DNA of 64,000 nucleotides from Escherichia coli (GTDB lineage Bacteria; Pseudomonadota; Gammaproteobacteria; Enterobacterales; Enterobacteriaceae): NCBI RefSeq assembly GCF_041886205.1, contig NZ_CP169029.1; one strand, 5' to 3'. Shown piece by piece: positions 49,127 to 60,603 of this stretch (position 1 is its first letter; each line of letters starts with the position of its first letter). The notes under the pieces were generated by a model. It saw only the letters and a program-made list of their open reading frames with translations, ran no database searches and was not told where the DNA came from. The position numbers and the translations under genes were made by a program.

Positions 49127-50665
49127 TTATTCAGCTGGCAGTGCTATGCGCCACGGAAGCAGTTCGCTGACCCGGTTGACCGGCCAGTCTGCTATGACGC
49201 CAAGCACATGGCGAAGGTAGCTTTCTGGATCCACGTCATTCAGTTTGCACGTCCCGATCAGGCTGTACAGTAGCGCTCCCCGCTCACCACCATGGTCAGA
49301 GCCGAAGAACAGGAAGTTTTTACGACCCAGACTGACCGCCCGCAGGGCATTTTCAGCGATGTTGTTGTCGATTTCCACCCAGCCATCGTTCGCATAGTAC
49401 GTCAGTGCCGGCCACTGGTTAAGTGCGTACGCGAACGCCTTCGCCAACTCTGAGTGTCGCGACAGGGTCTTCATCTTTTCACGCAACCAGCTTTCCAGGG
49501 ATTTCAACAGCGGTTTCGTTTTTCGCTGACGTTCAGCAAGCCGCTGCTCTGCCGGCATTCCCCTTATATCCGCCTCTATGGCGTACAACTGACCGATCTG
49601 CTCCAGGGCTTCTTCCGTCAGTGCTGACGGGATGCGGACGTGCACATCGTGGATCTTTCGGCGGGCATGAGCCCAGCAGGCAGCTTCCGTTATCCGACCA
49701 TTGCGATACAGCTCGTTGAACCCGGCGTACGCATCCGCTTGCAGCACACCGCTGAAGCAAGCAAGATGAGTCTGCGGATGGATGCCTTTCCTGTCCGGGC
49801 TGTAAGCGAACCACACTGCAGGTGCCAACGCTGACCCGGCATTGCGGTCATCACGAACATACGCCCACAACCGCCCGGTCTTCGTCTTCTTATTACCCGG
49901 CAGCAGTACCTGGACCGGGGTATCATCGGCATGGAGTTTGCCGTCAGTCATGACATAGCCATGAAGCGCCTCTTCCAGCGGAGACAGCAGCCGGCAGCAT
50001 GCATCCACCCAGCCCGACAGCAGTGAACGGCTCAGCTCCACACCTTGCCGGCCGTATATTTCTGACTGGCGATACAGCGGGGTGTGCTCTGCATACTTCG
50101 AGGTCAGCACGCGGGCCAGCAGCCCCGGTCCGGCGATACCCCGCTCGATGGGCCGCGAAGGTGCAGGTGCCTGCACGATGGCATCGCACTGAGTACAGGC
50201 ATGTTTTTCCCGTACCGTCCGGATAACCCGGAAGGCGCTACGCATCAACTCCAGCTGTTCGGCGGTATCCTCGCCCAGATAGCTCAGTGAACCGCCGCAG
50301 TTCGGGCAGCACGGCGCCGCAGGCAACAGTCGCTTTTCGTCACGGGGTAGTGATTCAGGGAACGGCTTACGGGTGCGGGTCTGACGCAACGGACGCTGTA
50401 CTGCCGGGTCATACACCCTACCAGTCAGCGTATCGCTCTCTTTCTGAAGCCGGTTCAGATCGGCTTCCATTTGTGCGATACGGCGGGAGACTTTTTCGGA
50501 ACGACTGCCGAAGTTCATCCGGCGGAGTTTATCCAGCTGCGCCTGCAGATGGTCTATTTCGCGCTCCCGGTTGCTCAGCTTTTCCTGCAGGGCGTGGATC
50601 AGCGCTTCCTGTTCGGCCAGGCGCTGTTTCAGCAGGAAGATGTCGTCAGAAGAGATGTCGTTCAT
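49127..50665 (-). CDS. tnpC: IS66 transposase TnpC
   Basis: 512 aa, leucine-zipper N-terminus, CxxC zinc motif, DDE region. Confidence 0.88.
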   Translation of the reverse strand: MNDISSDDIFLLKQRLAEQEALIHALQEKLSNREREIDHLQAQLDKLRRMNFGSRSEKVSRRIAQMEADLNRLQKESDTLTGRVYDPAVQRPLRQTRTRKPFPESLPRDEKRLLPAAPCCPNCGGSLSYLGEDTAEQLELMRSAFRVIRTVREKHACTQCDAIVQAPAPSRPIERGIAGPGLLARVLTSKYAEHTPLYRQSEIYGRQGVELSRSLLSGWVDACCRLLSPLEEALHGYVMTDGKLHADDTPVQVLLPGNKKTKTGRLWAYVRDDRNAGSALAPAVWFAYSPDRKGIHPQTHLACFSGVLQADAYAGFNELYRNGRITEAACWAHARRKIHDVHVRIPSALTEEALEQIGQLYAIEADIRGMPAEQRLAERQRKTKPLLKSLESWLREKMKTLSRHSELAKAFAYALNQWPALTYYANDGWVEIDNNIAENALRAVSLGRKNFLFFGSDHGGERGALLYSLIGTCKLNDVDPESYLRHVLGVIADWPVNRVSELLPWRIALPAE

Positions 50666-50714
50666 AAGCCCGTATTTTACCGGGCTTATTCTGTGACAAC
50701 CAGGATAAAGAGAT

Positions 50715-51062
50715 TTACAGCATGGTCAGGGAGGTCAGCAGCCGCTTAGGCTGTCGCCAGTCGATACCTTCCAGCAGCATCGCCAGCTGCGCCTGCGTAA
50801 GGAACACTTTGCCATCACGGGCTGACGGCCAGGCGAAGCGCCCACGCTCCAGCCGTTTGGTCAGGAGGCACAGCCCGTCACCGGTGGACCACAGCAGTTT
50901 AACCTGACTGCCGCTGCGGCCCCGGAAAATGAAAACATGGCCGGACATGGGATCGTCTTTCAGCGCCGTCTGTACTTTCGCAGCCAGGCCGTTGAAGCCA
51001 TTTCTCATATCGGTGATACCGGCAACCAGCCAAATTTTGGTCCCGGAAGGTAACGGGATCAT
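50715..51062 (-). CDS. tnpB: IS66 TnpB (Orf2)
   Basis: 115 aa with conserved [16 protein letters not shown] motif. Confidence 0.88.
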   Translation of the reverse strand: MIPLPSGTKIWLVAGITDMRNGFNGLAAKVQTALKDDPMSGHVFIFRGRSGSQVKLLWSTGDGLCLLTKRLERGRFAWPSARDGKVFLTQAQLAMLLEGIDWRQPKRLLTSLTML

Positions 51063-51460
51063 CGCTTCAGTTCCTGTATCAGCAGAGTCAGGAGCTTTTC
51101 GCTGACATTGCCATTGAAGCGGAGCGTCCCGTGCCGGAACGTTACCTCACAGCTGATACTGAGGGTTTCCGGGTCCTCTGCGAGCGATTCTGGCTGTTCG
51201 GCAGCGGCATCGAGAGTCACAGGAAGTAGCTGGGGGCTCTCTGAAGAAGGTAATAGCAGCTTTCCCTCGCGCCATTGTTGTCGCCATTTGAACAACAGAT
51301 TGGCGTTAATGCCATTTTCAAGAGCAAGTTTTGAGATGGATATCCCGGGTTCACAGGAGGCAGCAACGAGCTGCTGTTTAAATTCGGGAGGATAATTAGG
51401 GCAGCCTTTTCGCCTGCCGGGAGTCACATTTTTCTGCATATCTGACACTTTGGTTCCCAC
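51059..51460 (-). CDS. tnpA: IS66 TnpA (Orf1)
   Basis: 133 aa HTH protein overlapping tnpB start. Confidence 0.85.
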   Translation of the reverse strand: MGTKVSDMQKNVTPGRRKGCPNYPPEFKQQLVAASCEPGISISKLALENGINANLLFKWRQQWREGKLLLPSSESPQLLPVTLDAAAEQPESLAEDPETLSISCEVTFRHGTLRFNGNVSEKLLTLLIQELKR

Positions 51461-51786
51461 TACTTATTTGGTGGACACCACTTTGTCTAATTCGTCAGAT
51501 TCTGACCAGACGGTTCAGGCTGTACGCTTACAGATATCGGGGTTCATGACCGGAGGGCTGTTAAAGTTGTGCAGTGTGCTGAGCGGGACTGTTGTCAGTA
51601 TTGTGCTGATGTTGTTTAATGGAAAAGTTATTTGATATGCTTATCCACTGATGATGACATTATTCCTGCGGGGGCGGGGATTTTTCAGAGTGTCATCACA
51701 TGAGCCATTGCGGTACTGTTGACTGTTTTGCGTCTGTTTTACGGGGATGGCTCAGCGACAGCGCTGTAATCCGGTGACGAAATAAT

Positions 51787-51993
51787 ATGGTTGTTCGCTA
51801 TAAAATTACTGCAACGATAATCAGGCCCGGAGGTCTGCCGGTGCAGTGGATACGTTATTCTGACCATAAAATGACAGTAACAGAATGCGAAAAGATGTTT
51901 TCCCCACCTAAAGAGCCAGGGCGTTCTTTTGGTGACAGGGCCAGAGTGAAAGATTTTTGTTGTAATGCCATAGCGGACAGAGAAGAACAGTGA
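51787..51993 (+). CDS. Small hypothetical protein, copy B of the duplicated module (68 aa)
   Basis: MVVRYKITATIIRP... paralog of 47145..47333; same leader inverted repeat. Confidence 0.5.
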   Translation: MVVRYKITATIIRPGGLPVQWIRYSDHKMTVTECEKMFSPPKEPGRSFGDRARVKDFCCNAIADREEQ

Positions 51994-52965
51994 TAACTGT
52001 AAGGCAATTTAATACCTGTACTGTCTGAATCGTTCCCCCGCAAATCACACACGTTATTTACATGCAACGTGTTGTGATTTTCATTATTGCATTGTTTTGT
52101 GATATATTTCACAGCATCAACAAGACATTCAGGTATCAAATTATCCGGCATATTCACACCATATAACAACAGGCGGTGATAAACCGTCCTTCTCCGGCTG
52201 AAGTCATTGCCCGCATATATCGCGGGCTTTTTTATTCAGAACCGGTCAATTATTGTTAAAATAAGTCATATCATAAATCAGGTACAGCCATGATGATGAC
52301 TAAGGTGTCTGTCGTTATTATGAATATAACGGTTTTCCCGGAAGGCTTTTTACGGGCAATCCTTCCCTCTCCCACTCTGTACGGGGATTTTTGTGCACTG
52401 GCTCATATTTTTGTTTTGTCAGTATGCTCTAAAATCTTATGGCCCACAAACAAGTATAATTATTCTAATTCCACAGGTAGCATATTTAGCCCACATCCTG
52501 TGTGGGCTTCTGTTTTCCGTCAGTGAAAAACGGGATGTTTTACAATGAAAACAGTGGTACCTGCAGAATAAAATGTCGCCATATACTGAAACATAAAACA
52601 TTACTATCCCCTCTCCGTTGCTGACACTCTCCTTACGACTCCAGAAACATGATCTGCATCGCTGCCGGTACAGTTTTCCTGTGGCACATTTCATCTGTGC
52701 AGGCATATATCGCTATGACATAGTTGATTCAGCTTTGGGGGAGGTGATGGTTCCCCCATTTTTTTGTTATTCCCGTTTCGGACGTGCTTTATACGCCAGT
52801 ATGTTCACAGGGAACCATCGCATTAGCCTGCCCCCCGGATTGCAGAAACAGGCGGAGGAATGTCCGGTAAACTGGCCTGCGAAAGTCGTGCTGATGATGA
52901 CATTTTTGATGAGGTAACAAAGTGGTATTAACTGTTGAGGTAACATGTCAGGCAGAGTGTCTGGT

Positions 52966-53700
52966 CTAATAACCATCATTCACAATTTCCCTGCCATGTT
53001 GTTTTAACCACTGGCAGGGAGTCACTGAGTAGTATTTCCTGAAACTTAAAATAAAATACGACAGGCTGTTGTAACCACATGCCCTGGATACCACATATAT
53101 GTTACTGTTCCTGCATCTCATCAGATTTATTGCTTTTTTCATACGCACGTCTGTGATTATCCGGCTGAACCCTGTCCCTTCACTGTGTAGTTTCCTTTTA
53201 AGCTGACTGCTGCTTATGCATAACGCTGATGCAACATCTGACAGATACCATTTCTTTGCCGGCTCTGCGGCAACAATAACTTCAACACGTAACGAGTAGC
53301 TGTTCAGCCCACCGGACAATACAGGCAGCAACTGGTTTTTATCATTAAGATAATCCAGCAACACAAACAATACAGATTCATAAAGATGAGCATTCCCCTG
53401 TTGTTCCACGAGGGGCATCAGCGAGTTCAGGAAGGTACCATACACTTTCTTCCTGAAATAAGAATTTTTTCTGACGGCGATACGCAAAGCATCAGCATCC
53501 CTCAGTCTGATATACAGATAGTCACTGACGATATGACAGGGTATATCAATAAACCTTACTCCGCTCTCACACGCATCCATAAAGCATGAAATGTCATTTC
53601 TTTTTATGAGAAGGATTTCATTCTTATGAAAATCAACTTCCTCATTATGAAATGAAACACAGAGCGGCCTTAACGTGATGGCGAAGCAATACGGGAACAT
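52966..53700 (-). CDS. AraC/XylS-family transcriptional regulator, AppY/GadX-like
   Basis: C-terminal dual HTH region closely resembles AppY (TRMR...GYNS.SYFI..F...YGVTP); N-terminal domain divergent. Confidence 0.8.
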   Translation of the reverse strand: MFPYCFAITLRPLCVSFHNEEVDFHKNEILLIKRNDISCFMDACESGVRFIDIPCHIVSDYLYIRLRDADALRIAVRKNSYFRKKVYGTFLNSLMPLVEQQGNAHLYESVLFVLLDYLNDKNQLLPVLSGGLNSYSLRVEVIVAAEPAKKWYLSDVASALCISSSQLKRKLHSEGTGFSRIITDVRMKKAINLMRCRNSNIYVVSRACGYNSLSYFILSFRKYYSVTPCQWLKQHGREIVNDGY

Positions 53701-55194
53701 ACACTACAGGTGTAATTTATGAATACATTATGTTATGTGTGGATGCCTTACATAACATACGATCCGGTTATATTTATTCTGATAATATGTGGCACACCTG
53801 TCATCTGTGATAATATTAATGTATTGTAAACCTCATACTAATGATGACCGGGAGCAGACTGTATCCTGGTTATCATCAGGGCACATAAATGCTGCCAGCA
53901 ACCTTCGGCAGGCTTACATTGTCTGTAATCACACTCTCCGGCCCCTTTTCAGGACAAGAGTGAATTCGCCACACATTTATCCAGAACCCTGCGAGTCACT
54001 CCCGCTGCCCGTGAGTGACTGTGAAATCCTCAGTCAGTTCAGTTTAAACCGTTATTAATTATTCACAGCTATCACTATATTTCGGTGGGCTTTTCATTTT
54101 TGTGAATAACTGTTTCTCCATTTTATCTTCGGATTTCACTAAATCATCAGCGAGCTTTATCTGTTTGTATATCACATTTCCGTCACACCGGAATAAACTC
54201 ATATAAACATACCGCGACAATTCGTAATCGCTGCCCCCTGTTATTCAGCCCTCCATCTTTCAGCATAACCTGTATGAGAATCATCTTTTGTGAGTGAAAA
54301 CCGGACTTGCCAGACGGCAACAACAATAAGGAACTCACCCATTATATTAAACGCTTCATGCCCCCTTCAGTCCGGAATCACGAGAAATACATCAGCCAAT
54401 AAAATTATACCTTTTTCTTATTGCATTAAATATATGGCCATATATTAAAATCCGGACAGTCTTCTCCGGAATATTACATATCTGATAATGTCAGTTTCTT
54501 ATACCTGATGGCTGGTCATATTCTGTATGTTATTTCAGTACACATCGACAAACAACAAACTGTTTGCCGCCCGATAAATCCGGATGATATAGTAAACTAA
54601 AGAAAATGGAAGAAATAAAAGTGCGAAAATGTTCACACTTTTATAATTAAGATACCAGAAATTATCATTCAGCTGTCAATTTCTTTGAAAAACGCCGGTA
54701 ATCACCAGTCTTTACTGACAGAACCGATATGTTCCGAATGCCGGTGTTCCCTCGAGCTTCAGCAACAGCTTTCCTGTATGGCTGTGGTTTTGGTTACGTA
54801 GCCATGATACCTGAAACCATGCGCTATTCATAGATTAATAACAACTGTAATAATAGCCGGATTTTGTGTCACAGTTACGGAAGACTGCCAGAAAATACTG
54901 AGTACAGACCGGAGGAATATAATTATTCAGAATATATTCTGCTGCAGAACATCCTGTTATATCAGATGTAAATATCTGCAGAATTATACCAATATATTAT
55001 ACAGAACAGAATAAATCACATAATTTTATCCGGAATTTGCCCCCCTTAATGACTGCATTTTACTGACACATTAATATACTGCCGTTTTATTTTACATTTT
55101 AAAAACCATGCCTCAGTATAATATATGAATTAAGTCTGTTTTATACAAAACAGCCAGAGACAAGTAATCACTTATCTCCGGCTGTACCACAAAA

Positions 55195-55917
55195 TCAATA
55201 CTGGGAATTAATTACTACTTTTTCTCCGAATTTCCCATTAACAGGTAATGGGATGTAAGTTGAATTTAATGCTCTGAGAACTCTTATCCCTTCAGCATTT
55301 GCTTTTCTGGCATCAAGTATATCATTATCAGAGTCACCATAATATATGGATATATTATGTTTTTTTATATACTCAACTTTTGCATCTTTATGTGCCCCTC
55401 CTGCAAAAATAACCTTGTTTAACTTATTTGCAGGTATCTGAAAATCGTCCTGTATTGTAGCTGTTAAATCCTCCTTTCCATTAGAAGGTGCAGTTCTGCC
55501 GGTAATAAAATAAATATTATCACCTCTGCTAAGGTGTAATTTGATAAGTTCTTTGGCAGATTTTTTAGGAATAGAAAATCTGTCCCAGCCATTACTGGCC
55601 TCATCCCAGAATTGCTGATTATTTAAATAATCATCACTGTCTGGTGAATATTTTTGTTTTCCACGGAAAAATACAGGACTGGAAAACAGCACAGTATCAT
55701 CTATATCAAAGCCAACGCTTATCGGTTTCTTATTTTCCAGACTCCTGGCAATCTGCTCAACTGAAACCCAGTGAACAGGATACTGATAAGTCAGTTGTGC
55801 CAGTGTGGCTCCTTGTTGCTCAACTCCCCTGTCCGGAGAAGCGGCATTTACTGCAGATATCACGGATAAAAGACCTGTAGCAATCATTATGCAGATACTT
55901 TTCATTTTTCTATTCAT
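55195..55917 (-). CDS. Class B non-specific acid phosphatase, AphA-like
   Basis: Signal peptide; HAD class B motifs FDIDDTVLFSSP, ITGR and YGDSDNDI; alignable along its whole length to E. coli AphA. Confidence 0.85.
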   Translation of the reverse strand: MNRKMKSICIMIATGLLSVISAVNAASPDRGVEQQGATLAQLTYQYPVHWVSVEQIARSLENKKPISVGFDIDDTVLFSSPVFFRGKQKYSPDSDDYLNNQQFWDEASNGWDRFSIPKKSAKELIKLHLSRGDNIYFITGRTAPSNGKEDLTATIQDDFQIPANKLNKVIFAGGAHKDAKVEYIKKHNISIYYGDSDNDILDARKANAEGIRVLRALNSTYIPLPVNGKFGEKVVINSQY

Positions 55918-56639
55918 AATGTTTATCCTTTGTAGTTATATAATATCAGTAAGCAATTAAGTCCTGTTTAATGCTGAGACCCTGTATAATATATTATAAA
56001 CATACGCATATATTAGTGATAAACATCACGGTCAGATGAAGAGAGAAACCATGGATACATTTATATATGTGACAAGTATCGCATATATTGAGCATTTTTT
56101 ACCTGACTGAACGTCTGAAGTACTTTGCGGAGCTGTAATCATTTTAAATGACAGACTTGTTTCATAACTATTTCATATGAAAGCAGTTATCGTACGAAAT
56201 GCATCCGTGTCTGACAAGAGTAAATTCCATCTTTTCCCGATGTCAGACACATCGTCTGATATTTTCTTGCTAACGCATACCATATCAACGAAGTAGCTGT
56301 GAGCCCCGGCATGTTTTCCCCATAACATCTTCCTGATATGCAGGAATCGGTTGTAGAACCTGATTACACTGCGGCCTCTCAGGATCACTAACAGAAATGA
56401 TATCAGGATATTAAGCGGCGCAATTATCACAGGATGCACATGGTCCGCTGTACATTAGAGAAAACTTTTATTCCTCACAAAGTATAATGGCTATGTATAC
56501 TCTTTGTTTAAGTTATCCTGCAGGATCCTGAATCAATACTTTATATACGTGTGATGAACTTCTTTAGAGCGCCATGTCAGTTTATCGTAACCGGCTCATT
56601 TAAACCGTCTGGTCTGTTTCCTCCGGCTCTACAAAAATA

Positions 56640-57317
56640 ATGTCCATCATTTTTAATGGACACTATCGTATGAAACACCGGACCTGGATCACTGAAGCTT
56701 TACGTCTTCACTTTGAAGAACATTTACCCCGGGTTGTGGCCGGGCGTCGCCTGGGTGTACCAAAATCAACAGTTTGTAGTATGTTCGTGCGCTTTCGGAG
56801 AGCTGGCCTTTCGTGGCCTTTGCCCGCAGGCATGTCGGAGCAGGAACTTGATGCCTGCCTTTACGGACAATTTTCCACGGTACCAGTCGTACGTCCTGAA
56901 AGCACCGTTATATCCGAAGCCCCCGTGGTAAAAAAACGTCCCCGGCGGCCCAACTTCCCTTATGAGTTTAAAATCGCCTTAGTGGAGCAGTCACTGCAGC
57001 CCGGAGCCTGTGTGGCGCAGATCGCCCGGGAAAACGGAATCAACGATAACCTGCTCTTCAACTGGCGCCATCAATACCGGAAAGGTGGCCTGCTGCCTTC
57101 CGGAAAAAATATGCCGGCACTGCTTCCCGTGACGTTAACGCCGGAGCCGGATAATAAAATCCCGGCCCCCGCACAGGAACCAGAGCAGATAAATACACCG
57201 TCCGACAGTCTGTGTTGTGAGCTGGTTCTGCCGGCCGGAACTCTCAGGCTTAAAGGTAAACTGACGCCGGCGTTATTACAGACACTTATCCGCGAAATAA
57301 AAGGGAGCAGCCACTGA
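56640..57317 (+). CDS. tnpA: IS66 TnpA (Orf1), with unusual N-terminal extension
   Basis: C-terminal 130 aa align with copy-1 TnpA; about 90 extra N-terminal codons in frame; true start may be internal. Confidence 0.7.
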   Translation: MSIIFNGHYRMKHRTWITEALRLHFEEHLPRVVAGRRLGVPKSTVCSMFVRFRRAGLSWPLPAGMSEQELDACLYGQFSTVPVVRPESTVISEAPVVKKRPRRPNFPYEFKIALVEQSLQPGACVAQIARENGINDNLLFNWRHQYRKGGLLPSGKNMPALLPVTLTPEPDNKIPAPAQEPEQINTPSDSLCCELVLPAGTLRLKGKLTPALLQTLIREIKGSSH

Positions 57318-57664
57318 TGATATCTCTCCCTGCAGGTTCGCGTATCTGGCTGGTTGCAGGTATCACCGATATGCGAAATGGCTTTAACGGCCTGGCATCA
57401 AAAGTTCAGAACGTCCTGAAGGATGACCCGTTCTCCGGACACCTGTTCATCTTCCGCGGACGCCGGGGTGACCAGATAAAAGTGTTGTGGGCTGACAGTG
57501 ACGGACTGTGCCTCTTCACCAAACGCCTGGAGCGGGGCCGCTTCGTCTGGCCAGTCACCCGTGACGGCAAGGTGCACCTTACTCCGGCTCAGTTATCCAT
57601 GCTTCTTGAAGGTATCAACTGGAAGCACCCGAAACGAACGGAACGCGCTGGAATCCGCATATAA
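57317..57664 (+). CDS. tnpB: IS66 TnpB (Orf2)
   Basis: 115 aa, [16 protein letters not shown] motif. Confidence 0.88.
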   Translation: MISLPAGSRIWLVAGITDMRNGFNGLASKVQNVLKDDPFSGHLFIFRGRRGDQIKVLWADSDGLCLFTKRLERGRFVWPVTRDGKVHLTPAQLSMLLEGINWKHPKRTERAGIRI

Positions 57665-57683
57665 CCCGTTGTAAAGTGAGGAT

Positions 57684-59255
57684 ATGGACACCTCACTTGC
57701 TCATGAGAACGCCCGCCTGCGGGCACTGTTGCAGACGCAACAGGACACCATCCGCCAGATGGCTGAATACAACCGCCTGCTCTCACAGCGGGTGGCGGCT
57801 TATGCTTCCGAAATCAACCGGCTGAAGGCGCTGGTTGCGAAACTGCAACGTATGCAGTTCGGTAAAAGCTCAGAAAAACTTCGTGCAAAAACCGAACGGC
57901 AGATACAGGAAGCACAGGAGCGAATCAGCGCACTTCAGGAAGAAATGGCGGAAACGCTGGGTGAGCAATATGACCCGGTACTGCCATCCGCCCTGCGCCA
58001 GTCTTCAGCCCGTAAACCGTTACCGGCCTCACTTCCCCGTGAAACCCGGGTTATCCGGCCGGAAGAGGAATGCTGTCCTGCCTGTGGTGGTGAACTCAGT
58101 TCTCTGGGATGTGATGTGTCAGAGCAACTGGAGCTTATCAGCAGCGCCTTTAAGGTTATCGAAACACAACGTCCGAAACAGGCCTGTTGCCGGTGCGACC
58201 ATATCGTGCAGGCACCAGTACCTTCAAAACCCATTGCACGCAGTTATGCCGGAGCGGGGCTTCTGGCCCATGTTGTCACCGGGAAATATGCAGACCATCT
58301 GCCGTTATACCGCCAGTCAGAAATATACCGTCGTCAGGGAGTGGAGCTGAGCCGTGCCACACTGGGGCGCTGGACAGGTGCTGTTGCTGAACTGCTGGAG
58401 CCGCTGTATGACGTCCTGCGCCAGTATGTGCTGATGCCCGGTAAAGTCCATGCTGATGATATCCCCGTCCCGGTCCAGGAGCCGGGCAGCGGTAAAACCC
58501 GGACAGCCCGGCTGTGGGTCTACGTCCGTGATGACCGTAACGCCGGTTCACAGATGCCCCCGGCGGTCTGGTTCGCGTACAGTCCGGACCGGAAAGGTAT
58601 CCATCCACAAAATCACCTGGCCGGTTACAGCGGTGTGCTTCAGGCCGATGCTTACGGTGGTTACCGGGCGTTATACGAATCCGGCAGAATAACGGAAGCC
58701 GCGTGTATGGCTCATGCCCGGAGAAAAATCCACGATGTGCATGCAAGAGCGTCCACCTACATCACCACGGAAGCCCTGCAGCGTATCGGTGAACTGTATG
58801 CCATCGAGGCAGAGGTCCGGGGCTGTTCAGCAGAACAGCGTCTGGCGGCAAGAAAAGCCAGAGCCGCGCCACTGATGCAGTCACTGTATGACTGGATACA
58901 GCAACAGATGAAAACACTGTCGCGTCACTCAGATACGGCAAAAGCGTTCGCATACCTGCTGAAACAGTGGGATGCACTGAACGTGTACTGCAGTAATGGC
59001 TGGGTGGAAATCGACAACAACATCGCAGAGAACGCCTTACGGGGAGTGGCCGTAGGCCGGAAAAACTGGATGTTCGCGGGTTCCGACAGCGGTGGTGAAC
59101 ATGCGGCGGTGTTGTACTCGCTGATCGGCACATGCCGTCTGAACAATGTGGAGCCAGAAAAATGGCTGCGTTACATCATTGAACATATCCTGGACTGGCC
59201 GGCAAACCGGGTACGCGACCTGTTGCCTTGGAAAGTTGAACTGACCGCTCAGTAA
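57684..59255 (+). CDS. tnpC: IS66 transposase TnpC
   Basis: 523 aa, homologous throughout to copy-1 TnpC. Confidence 0.88.
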   Translation: MDTSLAHENARLRALLQTQQDTIRQMAEYNRLLSQRVAAYASEINRLKALVAKLQRMQFGKSSEKLRAKTERQIQEAQERISALQEEMAETLGEQYDPVLPSALRQSSARKPLPASLPRETRVIRPEEECCPACGGELSSLGCDVSEQLELISSAFKVIETQRPKQACCRCDHIVQAPVPSKPIARSYAGAGLLAHVVTGKYADHLPLYRQSEIYRRQGVELSRATLGRWTGAVAELLEPLYDVLRQYVLMPGKVHADDIPVPVQEPGSGKTRTARLWVYVRDDRNAGSQMPPAVWFAYSPDRKGIHPQNHLAGYSGVLQADAYGGYRALYESGRITEAACMAHARRKIHDVHARASTYITTEALQRIGELYAIEAEVRGCSAEQRLAARKARAAPLMQSLYDWIQQQMKTLSRHSDTAKAFAYLLKQWDALNVYCSNGWVEIDNNIAENALRGVAVGRKNWMFAGSDSGGEHAAVLYSLIGTCRLNNVEPEKWLRYIIEHILDWPANRVRDLLPWKVELTAQ

Positions 59256-59514
59256 ATATCAATACGGTTCTAGTGAGCTGCTTACATTTAATCACTATTT
59301 TTTGCGTTAAAAACCACTCTATCCTCTTGGTATAAAAATGGGCGCAACAAAGCGCCCAAACAACAGAGTTTCTAAAATAAATAAAAGGTAATAAATAACA
59401 TGAAGTTAAATTAAGAAGAGGCAAGTTTATTGCCTCTTCAAAGGTAGCATGAGGGTGCTACCTATATGCAGGCAGTGACATCACTCCCTTCCCGCATATT
59501 CTCACCTACCAAAA

Positions 59515-60603
59515 TTAGAACTGGTAGGTCATACCAACAGCAACGATATCGTCAGTGCTTATACCGAGTGCTTTAGTGAAGTCGTTTTTGTCAAGCAGGT
59601 TGATTTTGTAATCAACGAAAGTAGACATATTTTTGTTGAAGTAATAGGTTGCACCTACATCAACATATTTGACTAAGTCCTGATCGCCCCATACTCCAAG
59701 ATCCTTACCTTTAGATTGCAGGTAAGCAACGGACGGACGCAGACCAAAATCGAACTGATATTGTGCAACAGCTTCAAAGTTCTGAGCTTTATTAGCAACG
59801 AAGTGATCAGCAAATACAGTCATATTCTGAGTTTCAGAATAGGTAGTGGCCAGGTAAATGTTATTAGCGTCATATTTCAGACCTGCGGCCCAAACTTCTG
59901 CATTTTTACCGGAAGCAAATACTTCAGGAAGAACTTTCCCTGCATTAACTTGAGTGTCGGTACGATCAGATTTCGCATAAGTTGCACCAATACCAAATCC
60001 TTCGTATTCATAGGTAGCAGAGAAACCGAAGCCATCACCATTAGCTTCAGTTACGTCAGTTCGGTCATTTTTACCCTGATACTGAGCAGCAAAGTTCAGA
60101 CCATCAACCAGACCAAAGAAGTCGTTGTTACGATAGGTTGCAACACCAGTGGTGCGACCAGTCATGAACACATCTGTTTGGGTCCAGGTATCGCCACCGA
60201 ATTCTGGCAGAACGTCGGTCCATGCACCGATATCGTATGCTACACCGTAGTTACGGCCATAATCGATGGAGCCGTAGTCACCGAATTTCAGGCCAGCGAA
60301 GGCAAGACGGGTTTTATCTTTGGAAGAACCTTGAGATTCAGCACGGTTGCCTTTGAAGTCATATTCCCACTGACCGAAACCAGTCAGTTGATCGTTGATT
60401 TGGGTTTCACCTTTAAAGCCCAGACGAGCATAAGTAGTGTCACCATCATCTGCATCGTTAGAGGAGAAGTAGTGCTTAGCATTAACTTTTCCGTACAGAT
60501 CCAGTTTGTTACCGTCTTTGTTATAGATTTCTGCAGCTTGAGCAGACACTGCCATCAGAACAGATGCTGCAACCACAGAAAGTGCCACTGTAATTTTTTT
60601 CAT
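59515..60603 (-). CDS. General-diffusion porin of the OmpC/OmpF/PhoE family, most similar to PhoE
   Basis: Start at [10 protein letters not shown] (ATG verified at 60601-60603); PhoE-like blocks [38 protein letters not shown]-terminal [11 protein letters not shown]. Confidence 0.85.
   Translation of the reverse strand: MKKITVALSVVAASVLMAVSAQAAEIYNKDGNKLDLYGKVNAKHYFSSNDADDGDTTYARLGFKGETQINDQLTGFGQWEYDFKGNRAESQGSSKDKTRLAFAGLKFGDYGSIDYGRNYGVAYDIGAWTDVLPEFGGDTWTQTDVFMTGRTTGVATYRNNDFFGLVDGLNFAAQYQGKNDRTDVTEANGDGFGFSATYEYEGFGIGATYAKSDRTDTQVNAGKVLPEVFASGKNAEVWAAGLKYDANNIYLATTYSETQNMTVFADHFVANKAQNFEAVAQYQFDFGLRPSVAYLQSKGKDLGVWGDQDLVKYVDVGATYYFNKNMSTFVDYKINLLDKNDFTKALGISTDDIVAVGMTYQF

Larger units (their letters stand above)
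49090..51530 (-). mobile_element. IS66-family insertion sequence, copy 1
   Basis: Terminal inverted repeats beginning gtaagcgtacagc at both ends; contains tnpA-tnpB-tnpC; flanking 8-mers differ (no target-site duplication). Confidence 0.85.
56587..59285 (+). mobile_element. IS66-family insertion sequence, copy 2 (diverged from copy 1)
   Basis: Imperfect terminal inverted repeats gtaaccggctcat / (revcomp) gtaagcagctcac; tnpA-tnpB-tnpC on plus strand; no target-site duplication. Confidence 0.8.

Noticed and set aside
57835..58746. Several 100-170-aa ORFs inside the IS66 tnpC genes (both copies), in alternative frames and on the antisense strand
   Set aside because: They are embedded in transposase coding sequence with Arg/Pro/Ser-rich low-complexity translations typical of off-frame GC-rich DNA.
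49082..59293. Composite transposon formed by the two IS66 copies
   Set aside because: The outer flanking 8-mers (actataaa vs atttaatc) do not match and the two elements are different IS66 variants.
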